Counted from the stretch's first letter, positions 34,627-46,823 are shown. The stretch: DNA of 64,000 nucleotides from Schizochytrium sp. TIO01 (GCA_004764695.1 SMSO01000031.1:2518436-2582435), one strand, 5' to 3'. The notes: a model not told the origin generated them from the letters alone. A program made the numbers and translations.

Positions 34627-37142
34627 TTTTATGTGCCCTCTTGTCTATCTACGCCTGCCTACCCTCCTTTTTGTGGTCTGTTGCGACCAACTCAAACATA
34701 TACAAACAATGACAACAATTGCATAAGATGGGCGCTTACTTTGTGTGGGTAGTGTCGGCTCGGCGGCATTCTTGTCTAACCTGAATAAACTTCAAATGCT
34801 AGTGGAGAAGCTTGTGAGCCACAGGTCAGTGGGGTCCTAAAAATTAACACACAAGCATTATTTTGCGCTATGGAGAGGCCTTCAAGATGGGTCAGAAATT
34901 CTCTTCCTGACGTTGTTTTTGCCACCCAATGTTTACGTGTGCCCATGTGAAGACCCGTGTACACCCGTTTGTTTAGCGCTGTGAGATTTGTTCTATCGAT
35001 TCTTCGCTTTCTGATCTTGTACAGGTACTCGTGTTATCTTCTCAGTTTTCGCGGCGATTTGTTAGAACTGAGACTTTTATGAGCTTGGTTCATATCAAAT
35101 GTGGCTTTGCTTTTTTGACTGCCATGTCTGATTCTAATGTCCGAGCTGGTTATTCCTAGGCTGAGTCTGCGACGAGTTTCATCTGTCCTTTGCATGAAAA
35201 TCCTTTAACAAAACTTTCAATTTCATCGAAATAACAAGACCAAACCTTAGTTCTCTCTTGGCCAATTTAGCATCTCTTGAAAAAAAAAGGGCTCAAACTA
35301 TTGCGCATTGCGCTCGAGTGTTGAGAGTGTGGTGGAGGAATAAGAAGTTTCATTTTCTTTCATATGAATAGGTTGGAAATCCTTAAACAAAAGCTTACTT
35401 TGGCTTAAGAAACGCTCAGTATGGCGACTGTTGATTCACAGAAGTTAATCCCTCTTGGCAATGGCTTTTCTATTGATACCCTCTTCGATTACTACAACAC
35501 CACAATGATGCGAGGTTAGCCAAAATAAACCTTTGGTGTCCTCAGAAGCTCATCTTCTAATCTATGAGCTACTTAGAAAGCAAGAAACTCATGAAACAGA
35601 ACCCAGTCGATCGTCCTCCTTCTTCTGTACCTGTTGGTAAAAAATGATAAGCAATAAGTACAGTTTACCATACTTTGAAGGATGTCATTAGCATGCTTTT
35701 CTTTAAAGCTACGCGATATCGAAAACTCCAGAGAACAGGGAGCGATAAGGAAAATAATTTGCTGAATATGTTCTCACGGATAATTCAACAAAGTGACTAG
35801 TTATGCCAATTCTGAGATCATGAAATATCTGTAAAAAATGCACATCGTTTATATAGACAACATCAATTAGTCCCCTCTGGCAAGGTCTGTGTGATTGAGC
35901 TGGTTTTGGAAGCAAGCAGATTCAATTTAAAAAAAAATGTGCCGTATTCAAGATGCTTTTCGAGTTGGGATAGACAAGAACGGTCTGTTAGTTTGATAGC
36001 AAGGATATAGTACACAATATTCAAGAAGGTTGCATAAATAGGACATATATATGAAATATTGTCCTCTTGGGCCGTTTGGCTTGTTACTGCATCTTTGCAC
36101 CATCCGCTGATTGCTAATTCTCATTAAGTGAGAGCAGCTTAGTTACCTGCTACGGTAGGATTACTTTAATTTAAAAACTAGGAAAGAAAAGAAAAGAAAG
36201 ATGGCTCCTCTTAGAAGTATGATCAGTAGTCCTACATAGCAATGCTTAGCCAGGGAACATGCATGTTCCACTCAAAAGTTCTCACTTTCAATCAAGTCTC
36301 ACTTCACGACGATAATATTAGTGGTCTACCAGTATATGTAATAGTAGTAAGTACTAAGTACTGCTACTGCAGGACCACCAGGAGTATTATTAGTGCTACT
36401 AGGTATTGCCTATTCATAAAGGTATTCTAGTACAGCTACCTTATGCCTACCTATTGTTATCTTAGAATGCAAAACAACGCAAAAGAAAAAAAAGATTTCA
36501 ATCAATTTTAGTTCGGTAGTAAACGTTTCATATCTTTTATTGATTGCATAGGGGTAGGCACCTAGTGGTTGCAAGCAACATGCCGTAGATTTTTCGAATT
36601 GCCTATTGGAGCCAGCAGAAGACCGAAGCAAACGTACATGTTGAGTATCATACTTGGTGTGAAAAATATACAAGTTGTCTCTTGCCACCAGGGTGTTATA
36701 ATAATCTGAGACCACCTCGCACGCACAACGCTCATGCCATTTCCTTCCTTTCACAAGCGAGCCGTCACGGAGAGCCAGAAATAAGAAACTTGGGGTTCAA
36801 ATAAACAAAATTATATGAGAAAAGCATAAATATATAGAGCAATAGAGCAAGACATCATGCAAAGCTCGTGGTTTCTGCCTTGAGCTATATAAAACCTTGC
36901 ACTCGGTTCTCAAGGTCACATGGGTGAATCTTAGATGCAGTCAGGTATCACAAGTCCTGCAAGCCACCGAGTATTCATGCAACTGGCACTGAGTGATGCA
37001 TCTTCTTTCCCCGATTTCTCTTTTGATTTTTCCTACTACTACTCCTAACCATTACCTACTACTGATAATACATTTCAGTATTACTACTTCTAAGTACAAA
37101 ATAAATAAAAAGTAATCAAAAGGTCGAGCGAAATTTTAACCC

Positions 37143-37286
<144 letters not shown>

Positions 37287-38477
37287 GAAAACCTAAGTCT
37301 TTCATACCAATCTCTCTTAAGATGTGGCAATGAGAAGAAGACCGCAAGGCTTGGCTTTGAGAGAAGTGTAATATTAAAAAAGAAAAAGGAAAAAAGTGCC
37401 TCTTTCAAAAACCATCCTTGATGCAAGTTAGCTAGTATTAGATGCAAACTGTAACCTTTTTACTAACTAGTCAGCGAGATAAAGTTTTTTCCATTGCCAC
37501 CAAAAATCTCATACCAGACTTGGAGAGGCGTTCGGGCAAGCCCCATATTATCTCAAAAGTTGCGCGACCACGTGCTTGTGCACTCAGCAAATTTAGTATT
37601 GGAGTGCAACAGAGCATACGTTGTGTCCCTATTAGGTGCACAATGTACGGAAGCATACAGGCTCATAGTGGGTAGACCACGTATCTGTCCCCGACTCTCG
37701 GCAAGGAATTGAAGTAGGTAGTACTACTCTATTCCTTGTAGCCTAGTCAGTAGGGGTTCCTATGTAGTCGGTACCTAGGATGTTGTATAACTTGAATAAA
37801 GAAGAAAGAACGCAAGTAAGTTGAATCATTCTGACTGCGAAGCTTTCCAAACGGCTTGACGCTGCTTTGGTGGCGACTTATTGAGACAAAGCTTGGGTAG
37901 GTAAGCTAGATAGAGACGGAATGAGAGCTTAAGAAGAGAAAGCACCAGGGCAGCAACAACTTTTCAAAGAAATTCTATCGTATTTCAAGGTAGGCGATAC
38001 GCTAGAAGGCAAACACTAGCCACACATGCTATGTAGTCTAAAGGCTGGCTGGCTGGCTGGGTAGTAATTAGGTAGGTAGTGCTTAGGGAGAGCTTTGTTC
38101 TCGATTCTCATTAGCAGTGCTAGTGAAACTACTAGTATGAGCACGCGACCGACATCTGAGAAAAGCGAGAAGAAAACAAGTCTCTTTTGAATTTTCTGAA
38201 TCATTCAATACAGAGAGAGAGAGTAAGAAAAAGAGATAAAATTGAGGTGTTTCAAAATTCTCAGAGTATGCTGAGAGCAAAGGAAGCAGAGAGGGGAAAA
38301 AGCCGTGGAAGTAGAGGTAGAAGTATTTAGTTGCCCTAATAGTAAGCGAATGAGAGGGCACACCGTGAGAAAGGAAAGGTCTTTTTAAAAGTTGATGTTG
38401 ATTGATTCAAATATAATAAAAGTAACTTGAAAATTGACATTCAAGTTGTTGAGAAAGAACAAGACGAGAGTGGCCAG

Positions 38478-38502
38478 GCAAGCAAGCAAGCAAGCAAGCA
38501 AG
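38478..38502. repeat. (GCAA)n tetranucleotide microsatellite
   Basis: About six GCAA units. Confidence 0.85.
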
Positions 38503-39809
38503 CCAGTCAGTAGTCGAGGTGCCCACACGAAGAACCCTGAGGAAGGAACAGCGGATCTTATAAATCTGTCCTTGAGAAGGAAGCAAGGCAAAGTTAAGCC
38601 GCGGGTTGCGATCGAAAGTTTGAAAAAAATACTTTCAAATTTATAAAGGAATCATGCGACCGAAAGGGCTCTTATGCTAGAGTCTAGGATCCCCGCTAGT
38701 CCTGGCCCTCTCTTCCGAGCAAGCGCCAAAAGCAATGGGAAAAAGAAAAACTAACTACCCTTACTACTATAGAATATAATATCTATGACAGTAGAAAGCT
38801 CGCGCCTCCATAATCTTCACCGAGTGCATCTCCTAGGCACACATTTAGTTATATCTCTAAAAAGGGTTTTTGAAAAACTCAAACTCTCAAACTTTCAAGC
38901 TTCTTAGCCTAGGACTTGTTAGCAAGCTTCTACCGGGAGTTGTAGCGAACGAAAGGAGGCCAAGAATCACTATATACTAGGCGCCTAGTACTACTATCCC
39001 ATATAAACGCTTGATCAAATATACATTTTCAAATTTGTATTTAAGAAAAAATTACCAAATAATACACGACAAGCAGGCAGAGCAAAAATCGAGAGGCGGC
39101 TTGAGCTTGGGCACGGCGCGAAGGGCTCGCGGCGAGACCAAGCAGGCACACTCTGGTGGAACGTTGGTGGAGGCGCAGCAGCACGGCGAAAGGACGTATA
39201 GAGGTTCAAGTCGACGGCTTTGCCGGCGGATAGGTTCGGTTGAAGAGGGCGTTGCTCACGAGCCCACGCACGAATTCAAAACGCAGCATCTGCTCGAACA
39301 GGGAAAAAGAGAAAAGACTAGCTAGATAAGAGAGACTGAGAGGAGTAAATATAACTATTGAAAGAGAGAAAGAAAGAAAGAGGTATACATTCAATTCATT
39401 CGTTCGTTCATTCATTTACTCATTTACTCATTCACTCACTAAAAGGAGTCCAAAAAGGGTTAAAAGCAGAGGCCAGAGGTAGAGTAAGATCGCCTGCGAG
39501 CGAGATTAAGGTACGCTTGTGCTTGATCTTCTGAGCTGTTGGTCTTTGCGTACGAATCTTGGAACCCGGTTTTGGCAGAGGAGCTAAGAACCTTCGTGTG
39601 TGGTGGCGTCTGGAGTTGTCCTTGGCACGCACTCTCTGTGTTATCTCAAGACTTTTTGGTTTTCTTTCTTGAGCCGCGTGGACTCACAAGAGTTGAGGCT
39701 AGTATTTTCGACTGTGGAGTTTGGACTTTGTCTTGGAGCCTGACACGTTTTGTAGGAGAAGACCGTTCGTTCAAAATCAGTACTTTGGATTCATTTAACT
39801 GAAGGGACT

Positions 39810-42800
39810 ATGAGCGGAGGGGAATCCACAGAGGGCTTGCAGTCCCAATCTAATGGCAACTATGGAGATAACTCGCAAGCATACAACCAACAGCAGTCAT
39901 ATGGAGATTTTGAACCCCTTGATAGTGGGATGTCCTTCTCTGGTGCGCCCCTTCCGTCGTTCTCATCAACTTCTTATGACCCACTATATGGCGGCGACGT
40001 GGGTGACCAGGACTATTTCCAGACGCAGCAAAATACTACCTCAAGTGGGTCTTACGGAGCCGGCGGTTGGTCTTCATCCACAGCGGACGACGAACCTCTA
40101 GGCTACGCTTCCAATTCATACAACTCCTCATCTTACCAAGATGGCGGCAGCATGTATCCGCAAGACTCGTCCTCTTCATTCTCTGCTTCGGGCTCGGGTT
40201 TCCCGGACAATGCTAACTCGTACGGGGCCGCGGGCTACGGGTCCCAGGACTACTCGTCATCAGGTTCTAGTTATGCAGTATTTAACAACCAGTCGCAGCC
40301 CTCTCAACAAAACACATCTGTGGGCATGGAGCCCCTGACTGTCCGTTCATCATCTGCAGCATCCTCCCATTCTTACAATTCATCTGCTTATGACCCTGCA
40401 AGCTACGAACCTTACAGCCAACCTACATCACATAGCTCATATCCACAGCCACAACAGCAATCACAACATCAACAGCAGCAAGGCTATTCTGCAATGTACA
40501 AGAGTTCTTCCTCGGCGCCAACCAGCCAGTATGGCTATGCGGCCGCTCAAAATCCCTCACAGGTCACAGGATACTCGCAACAACAACGGCAACTTCTCCA
40601 GCAACAACAGCAAAGACAACGCCTTTTATTGCAACAACAGCAAAGGCAGCGACAGCAGCAGCAGCAGCAGCAGCAACAACAACAAAGACAGCAAATACAA
40701 CAGCAGCAAACTGGTGGTCTTGGATCCCGTTTACCTATTCCTGGTGCCGACCTCCAATGGCTTGAGGCGAAGGATCCCAGTGGACGGAAGTATTGGTACA
40801 ATAGAAAAGACTCAACGACTCATTGGTATAACCCTACTTTAGTTGCGCATGGTCTTCGTTTGCTTCAAGCTAAACAAAAACCAAATGCTGCAATGATGGA
40901 GCACTTGAAGCTTTTCAGGTTTGAACGGCAACGGATGGTCCAGTCCCAACAGCAGCAACAGCAGCAACAACAACGATCATCGGCTGTGTCTAGCCAGCAA
41001 TCTCAGATGCAGCAGCAGCAGCAAGCACTTGCACTACAGAAGCAACGTGCAGAGCAAGAGGCAAAGCGCGCTCAAGAAGAGGCTCTCCGGGCTCGTTTTG
41101 CCGCCGAGAAGGCACGCCGCGAAGCCGAGCAGCGAGCTGCAGCAGAAAAGGCGCGTCTTGAGGCAATCGAACGCCAGGAGCGTGAACGTGCTGAGGCTGA
41201 ACGTCTTCGCAAAATTGCAGAAGAGGAGGAGCGAAAGCGCTACGAGGCTGCTCGAAAGATAGTTCGCCCTAAGGTGAAGCACCTTTTGCGCAAGTACCTT
41301 GACATTATTGGCTATGATGACACCTGGGTTTCTGAGGAGATGCTCCAGGAAGCTGTGGGGGATGTGCGCCCGAATGCCAAGGATGATCCTGCAATTGACC
41401 AATTCGAAGAAGCTGTCAAAGAGACAAAACGATACTATGCAATAAAAAGGCAAGAGGAAGAGAAAGCATCTCAGAAAGCTGAACTGGAACGCATGGCGCT
41501 CGAGGACTTTGATGCTAGTGGAACAAGTGAGGAACGGAAAAAGCTTAGCGAGAAGGAGACTCATAAAAAGCAGCTGCAGAAGGACTTTGAGGAGTTTTTC
41601 AAGTTCAAGCCGTACAAGCTCCTTGGCAAATCAGATTGGCGTACAACAGAAAAGGTTGACGATGACTCGCGAATTGCTGCAGAGCAGGAGAAACGCCGCA
41701 AAAAGGCCACTGCTCGGGTGGCTACCCAGGTTGCTGCTAACAAACGTCGCCCTCGCCGGCAGGTCAAGTCTCGACTCGTTAATGTGGAGGGCCATATGGT
41801 ACTTCGTGAAAATAACTATACCATGGATGAGCAAGGTAAGCCTGCAATGGAGGGTCTTCTCTTCACAGATCACCGTAAGCAGGTTCGTCCAGCTCGGTCA
41901 GCCTTTAATCTCTTTTCCGCAACAGTTTCGAAGGATATCAAGGAACAATTTCCCGCGTCCGATTTTGGTGACGTGCGTAAGCAGGTGTCTCATCGTTGGC
42001 GTGCCCTGCCTCCCGAGACACGAAAACAATTCGAAGCTGACGCTGCTGCAGACAAGGAGCGATACCAACGTGAGCTGCAAGAGGCTCGTGAGCTTGATTT
42101 ACGCAATATGGAACAAAACGAGAATATGCGACAAGAAGCATTACGAAAGGAGCAACTTTTGCACCAGGCTAGGCAGGAAACTCTGGCCCTGGAGGACTCG
42201 GTGCGCCGCGATAAGTTATCAGCCTCTGCGTCTTCGGCATCTGCTCTCAATGGTGTATCATGGACTAGCGGTGGCCAAGGTTCAGATCAAACAAATGGCT
42301 CTGCTGCGAGCCCATCTCCTTCCGGTGCTGCTGCCTCAGCAGCGTCGCGTGGGCAACCACCTCGTCCACAGTACCCCGATATTGCGGATGCCGCTCTTTT
42401 GGCACTTGGTCCTCGCGCAGGCGTCTCCATTCCAGACATGACCCAGTGGGTACAAAATACGCGCCTCGGACGTCTCTTCATGGGCCGACTGAAAGCACCT
42501 TTTGACGAAGTCCAGCTCACAAAATCTGTACGACGGAACCTGAACAAGGGGCGGTTCGAGCAGGTGCTCTCGGCGGGGCGTGCTCGAGATCTACTTGACA
42601 TCAGATTTCGCCCTGAAGCTCTCTTAGAGATTGCCCAGGGTAAGTCGATGAAAGACATCAAAGAGGATGAACGACAGGCCAAATTGAAAAGCAAAAACGC
42701 AACTCTTACAGCTCAACGCGCAAAGCGCCAACAGGTTTTGGAGGAGCAGCGCAACAAGCATCGTGAAAGCATGAAGGCTGATATCTTTGAGTCCAATCAG

Positions 42801-45800
42801 CGCATGTGGGCTTTTATGTATCGCCATCGGGATTCAATGCAACCTTTTATTACCAAAGATGTGAAAGAAAAGCTTGAATTTGCAGCCATGCTTTTGCGTA
42901 AACATGGCAAGGGTGATTTACTTGAAAATGACCCAAGTGGTTATGAACAAGAGGATGAAAAAATGGAGGAGGATCAACGTTTGGAGAAGGAAGCAAAGCT
43001 TGCTGAGGAAGCTTTAACTCTTTCTAATACAGGATCTGGGCCCGCGTCTGATGAAGTGGTTCCTAGCAAAGCAGCTAATACAATGTCTCCAGTCAAGCAA
43101 GAAAATATTCCTTCGAATACAGGCACTCCATCAAGCCAGAATGAGAACCCTGCAGATTCGGCAGACAAAGATAAGCTTAAGCAGATTGCGCAAAGTCTTA
43201 CGGTTCGCCGTAAACGCCCTGCATGTGAGCAGCCTAAAGATATCATTTGGGGAAAGCTTCGGCAATATCAGCTGGAAGGATTGCGATGGATGGTTTCTAC
43301 CTTTGAAAATGGAATCAACGCTATTTTGGCTGATGAAATGGGTCTTGGCAAGACCTTGCAAACCGTTTCTTTTCTTACGCATCTCAAATTTGAAATGAAT
43401 GTAAGTGGGCCATTCTTGGTCATTGTCCCCCTAAGTGTCCTTACGGCATGGGCTAATGAGTTCAACCGATGGTCTCCGAAGCTGAAGGTTATCAAACTTC
43501 ATTCTTCGTCAAAGGAAGAGCGTGATCGTCTCAAGCGTGATGTCCTCAGCGATTTTAGCAAGTTTGATGTTGTTGTGACTACCTTTGAAATGATCATTTC
43601 AAACAACATGAAAATGATGCTGGGATCGAAGATGTGGTGGCGTTATGTTGTTATTGATGAAGGTCATAAAATCAAGAATGATGAGACTGATCTTGCTGTG
43701 GCTGTGCGATCAATCAACTGTCAGGGCCGTCTTTTGCTCACCGGCACACCCTTGCAAAATAACCTTCATGAACTCTGGGCCTTATTGAACTATTTATACC
43801 CAGCAATATTTACAGAGTCATCAACTTTTGATAGTTGCTTCGATTTGGCGAAGCAAATAGTCGAAACTGACATGCTTGCAAAGGCTCACTATCTCATTCG
43901 TCCATTTGTATTACGACGCACAAAGGGTGAAGTTGAGCAAAAGATGCCACCGAAGGAAGAAATCGAGGTGAAGGTGCCTCTCTCCAAGATGCAACGACAC
44001 TGGTATAAGCAGTTACTTCTTCGTGATGCAAACCTTCTGAAACGGGTCGAGGGCGAGTTGAGTGGGGCAGTAACAGAGGGTAGCGCAGCATCTTCAGCTG
44101 GTGATTGGAAGAAACTACAAAGTCTGATGATGCAGCTTCGTAAATGTTGTAACCATCCGTACTTGTTCCCGAATGCGGAGCCTAACTTTACAGGAGAAAC
44201 CCGAGAGGATCTGGTACAAGCTTCTGGAAAGCTCATGATTTTGGATCGCCTTCTCAAGCGTCTTTATGAACGTGGTCATCGCGTGGTGATATTTTCACAA
44301 TTCACAGCAACTTTGAACATTCTCTCTGACTTTTGCAATCTGCGAGGCTACAAGTTTTCTCGTTTAGATGGTTCAACAAACCGTGTGCAACGTGCTATTG
44401 ATATTATGCAGTACAACCGTGAGGATTCCGTGTACTTTGCGTATCTTATGAGTACTCGTGCTGGCGGTTTGGGTATCAACCTTGCTACTGCCGATACAGT
44501 CATTTTATATGACTCTGACTGGAACCCGCAAGTCGACCTTCAGGCCATGGATCGTGTACACCGCATTGGGCAAACCAAGCCGGTTCACGTGTACCGCCTT
44601 ATTGCTGCAGGGACAGTTGAGGAACGTGTTGTGCAGCGTGCAAAGAAGAAGCTTTACTTAGATCGTATGGTGAATCGCGGTAGCACAAGTCAGGCAGAGG
44701 CTTTGGAGTCTCTTTCAAAAGCAGAGATGCTTAAGATGCTTACTTTTGGTGCCTCGACCGTGTTTGGCGGATCTGGTGGTGACGAAGACACTATCTCTGA
44801 TGAAGATTTGGATCGAATGATGGACCGTACTCGCCTCGAGGGCAGAGCTGAAGGTGAAGTTGATACATCTACAAAGGTTCTCGGAAAGAGTGGCATTGAT
44901 CAAGAGGAGGACGAGGACGAAGAAGAAGACCTGCATCCAGATGGGGAGGATGTGAAGATGAAAACAGAGGGCCACCAGCCTCTTGTGAACGCTTCTTTGA
45001 ATGCCCTGGATTTTGATGGTACGCAGGAAGCACTTAATCTGAGACAGTTAGACGGCGTGATGTATGACAAAAAGCAAACTTCACCAGTGAAGAAGGGGAC
45101 GAACAAGCGTAAGCGAAAGATCATTGCTTTGTCAGATGTTGCTGGTGAAGAACCTGCTGCTCAGTCTATGGATGAAATTGCGAAACGTTGGGCAGAGGAG
45201 AATCCAGAAATGTACGATCAAAATACAAAATCAAACAAGCGTGCTCGCGTCAGTCGCTATGTCGAGGTGGATGGCCACACGGTGCTTAAAAACAACAACT
45301 ATACGATTGAGGAGGGTGGGCTGTCCGTGTTTAACGGCGAAGTAGCCACAAATGCGCTTACTGGCTCTGGGGCCCAAACTCGCCAGATCGCAGGTCGTGA
45401 TTATGAAAATGAAGGACACTGCTTGGCTTGCTGGGATGGTGGTGAGTTATTGCTCTGTGATCAGTGTTGCGCAGCTTATCACAACGACTGTCTACGACCA
45501 GACCAACTTCCGCCGCGTAGGAAGGATGGTGGTTCAGGGGCAGTGACCTGGGGTTGTCCGCACCATTCGTGCAAAGTATGTGCTCGCAAGGCACACGCCT
45601 CCGGAGGCATGCTATTTCGTTGTACAGAATGTCCCTCTGCATTCTGTGAGGATCATCTTCCACGCGAAAATCTTTATCTCAATGAAAACGGTCGCGAACT
45701 GCGTTTTGAGGAGCTAGGTCAGCGTAAGCCTGCACAAGCTTATTTCGTGCAGTGTTCAGAGCGCTGCCATCGATTCGCAACTGTCCGCATAGAGAGAGGA

Positions 45801-46823
45801 GTAATTGCTGCAATCCAGGAGGTCAAGAAGATGGATATCGCCGCAGCGGCTGCTGCAGCAGAAGCTTTTAAAACAAAGAGTTCAGCTTCCAAGCCCGAAC
45901 CCTCTTCAGGCCCAGTTACTACAGGCTTGGCTGCCAAGATCGAAGGTGCTACGCCGTCAGCACCTGCAGATGCTGCAGATACAATATCTAAACCAAAGCT
46001 TGAGCCTACAGCCACGCCACCTGTGCAAGGACATGTGCAGTCAGACTCTGTTCCTAAGGAGTTTACAAAACAAACTGTTGGAGTAAATTCTCAGATGGAG
46101 ATTAATGATGAAACCGTAGCAGAAGCGGCTGTCTTACGCAATTCTGATGTTAACTGCAAACATGAAATGGAGGTCGAGGGAGAAGCAGGACAGAAAGACC
46201 TCGACAAAATGGAGGTTGGCCAGAACAATCTCGAAATCGCTGACCTGCCGCTTCATGAGGAGAAACAAGACCTATCATCTAAGCCAGAAATTAAGGAACC
46301 TGTTATTGCTAAGTCAGAACTAGACGATGCCAGAAACATGGAAACAGAAGATCAAGTTGAACTTGCTGCTCCAATGGAGCAAGATGAAGGAGCCGCACCT
46401 GAACTTGAAGCAATCGCTAAGCTTAATAACGGAGACTCTAGGGCAACTGATGCGCTAAAACAAGGTGGAGACCCATTAAGTTCTTCAAAACCTCAATTGG
46501 AGAACTCAGAACAACCTGCTACAACTGTTGTGTCTGAAGGTTCAGTCAAGGCAGAAAAGGTTCAAGGCGAGTCGTCAGCATCTCCTAAACTTTCCGTAAC
46601 TGAGAAGGATTTGACTAGTGGAGCTGACGTGATTATGGAGGCGTCTACGGAGAATTTTGAAGATAGGAAGGCGACAAAGCCTGATATCAATGGGCAAGAC
46701 TCAGAGGCAAGAAGTGATGCAGAGACTGCTGATGTGCAAAAATCGACAAATGCCATCGTAACTACGCAAGCTAGCGACGATAAGATGGAGCCCTCTGCAG
46801 AAGGTTCGGAACGGGGACAATGA
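39810..46823 (+). CDS. SNF2-family (ISWI/CHD-like) chromatin remodeling ATPase with Q/S/Y-rich N-terminus, WW domain, HMG box, putative H15 domain and PHD-C5HCH fingers
   Basis: LADEMGLGKT, IDEGH, LTGTPLQNNL, QLRKCCNHPY, STRAGGLGINL, QAMDRVHRIGQ; WW at ~40758-40835; HMG box at ~41886-42083; CLACWDGGELLLCDQC..YHNDC...CPHHSCKVC...CTECPSAFCEDH at ~45420-45660. Confidence 0.95.
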   Translation: MSGGESTEGLQSQSNGNYGDNSQAYNQQQSYGDFEPLDSGMSFSGAPLPSFSSTSYDPLYGGDVGDQDYFQTQQNTTSSGSYGAGGWSSSTADDEPLGYASNSYNSSSYQDGGSMYPQDSSSSFSASGSGFPDNANSYGAAGYGSQDYSSSGSSYAVFNNQSQPSQQNTSVGMEPLTVRSSSAASSHSYNSSAYDPASYEPYSQPTSHSSYPQPQQQSQHQQQQGYSAMYKSSSSAPTSQYGYAAAQNPSQVTGYSQQQRQLLQQQQQRQRLLLQQQQRQRQQQQQQQQQQQRQQIQQQQTGGLGSRLPIPGADLQWLEAKDPSGRKYWYNRKDSTTHWYNPTLVAHGLRLLQAKQKPNAAMMEHLKLFRFERQRMVQSQQQQQQQQQRSSAVSSQQSQMQQQQQALALQKQRAEQEAKRAQEEALRARFAAEKARREAEQRAAAEKARLEAIERQERERAEAERLRKIAEEEERKRYEAARKIVRPKVKHLLRKYLDIIGYDDTWVSEEMLQEAVGDVRPNAKDDPAIDQFEEAVKETKRYYAIKRQEEEKASQKAELERMALEDFDASGTSEERKKLSEKETHKKQLQKDFEEFFKFKPYKLLGKSDWRTTEKVDDDSRIAAEQEKRRKKATARVATQVAANKRRPRRQVKSRLVNVEGHMVLRENNYTMDEQGKPAMEGLLFTDHRKQVRPARSAFNLFSATVSKDIKEQFPASDFGDVRKQVSHRWRALPPETRKQFEADAAADKERYQRELQEARELDLRNMEQNENMRQEALRKEQLLHQARQETLALEDSVRRDKLSASASSASALNGVSWTSGGQGSDQTNGSAASPSPSGAAASAASRGQPPRPQYPDIADAALLALGPRAGVSIPDMTQWVQNTRLGRLFMGRLKAPFDEVQLTKSVRRNLNKGRFEQVLSAGRARDLLDIRFRPEALLEIAQGKSMKDIKEDERQAKLKSKNATLTAQRAKRQQVLEEQRNKHRESMKADIFESNQRMWAFMYRHRDSMQPFITKDVKEKLEFAAMLLRKHGKGDLLENDPSGYEQEDEKMEEDQRLEKEAKLAEEALTLSNTGSGPASDEVVPSKAANTMSPVKQENIPSNTGTPSSQNENPADSADKDKLKQIAQSLTVRRKRPACEQPKDIIWGKLRQYQLEGLRWMVSTFENGINAILADEMGLGKTLQTVSFLTHLKFEMNVSGPFLVIVPLSVLTAWANEFNRWSPKLKVIKLHSSSKEERDRLKRDVLSDFSKFDVVVTTFEMIISNNMKMMLGSKMWWRYVVIDEGHKIKNDETDLAVAVRSINCQGRLLLTGTPLQNNLHELWALLNYLYPAIFTESSTFDSCFDLAKQIVETDMLAKAHYLIRPFVLRRTKGEVEQKMPPKEEIEVKVPLSKMQRHWYKQLLLRDANLLKRVEGELSGAVTEGSAASSAGDWKKLQSLMMQLRKCCNHPYLFPNAEPNFTGETREDLVQASGKLMILDRLLKRLYERGHRVVIFSQFTATLNILSDFCNLRGYKFSRLDGSTNRVQRAIDIMQYNREDSVYFAYLMSTRAGGLGINLATADTVILYDSDWNPQVDLQAMDRVHRIGQTKPVHVYRLIAAGTVEERVVQRAKKKLYLDRMVNRGSTSQAEALESLSKAEMLKMLTFGASTVFGGSGGDEDTISDEDLDRMMDRTRLEGRAEGEVDTSTKVLGKSGIDQEEDEDEEEDLHPDGEDVKMKTEGHQPLVNASLNALDFDGTQEALNLRQLDGVMYDKKQTSPVKKGTNKRKRKIIALSDVAGEEPAAQSMDEIAKRWAEENPEMYDQNTKSNKRARVSRYVEVDGHTVLKNNNYTIEEGGLSVFNGEVATNALTGSGAQTRQIAGRDYENEGHCLACWDGGELLLCDQCCAAYHNDCLRPDQLPPRRKDGGSGAVTWGCPHHSCKVCARKAHASGGMLFRCTECPSAFCEDHLPRENLYLNENGRELRFEELGQRKPAQAYFVQCSERCHRFATVRIERGVIAAIQEVKKMDIAAAAAAAEAFKTKSSASKPEPSSGPVTTGLAAKIEGATPSAPADAADTISKPKLEPTATPPVQGHVQSDSVPKEFTKQTVGVNSQMEINDETVAEAAVLRNSDVNCKHEMEVEGEAGQKDLDKMEVGQNNLEIADLPLHEEKQDLSSKPEIKEPVIAKSELDDARNMETEDQVELAAPMEQDEGAAPELEAIAKLNNGDSRATDALKQGGDPLSSSKPQLENSEQPATTVVSEGSVKAEKVQGESSASPKLSVTEKDLTSGADVIMEASTENFEDRKATKPDINGQDSEARSDAETADVQKSTNAIVTTQASDDKMEPSAEGSERGQ

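Noticed and set aside
34429-34964. Two opposite-strand ORFs both beginning MYTGL
   Set aside because: Only ~7 nt are identical and the second ORF starts at GTG; coincidence, not an inverted repeat.
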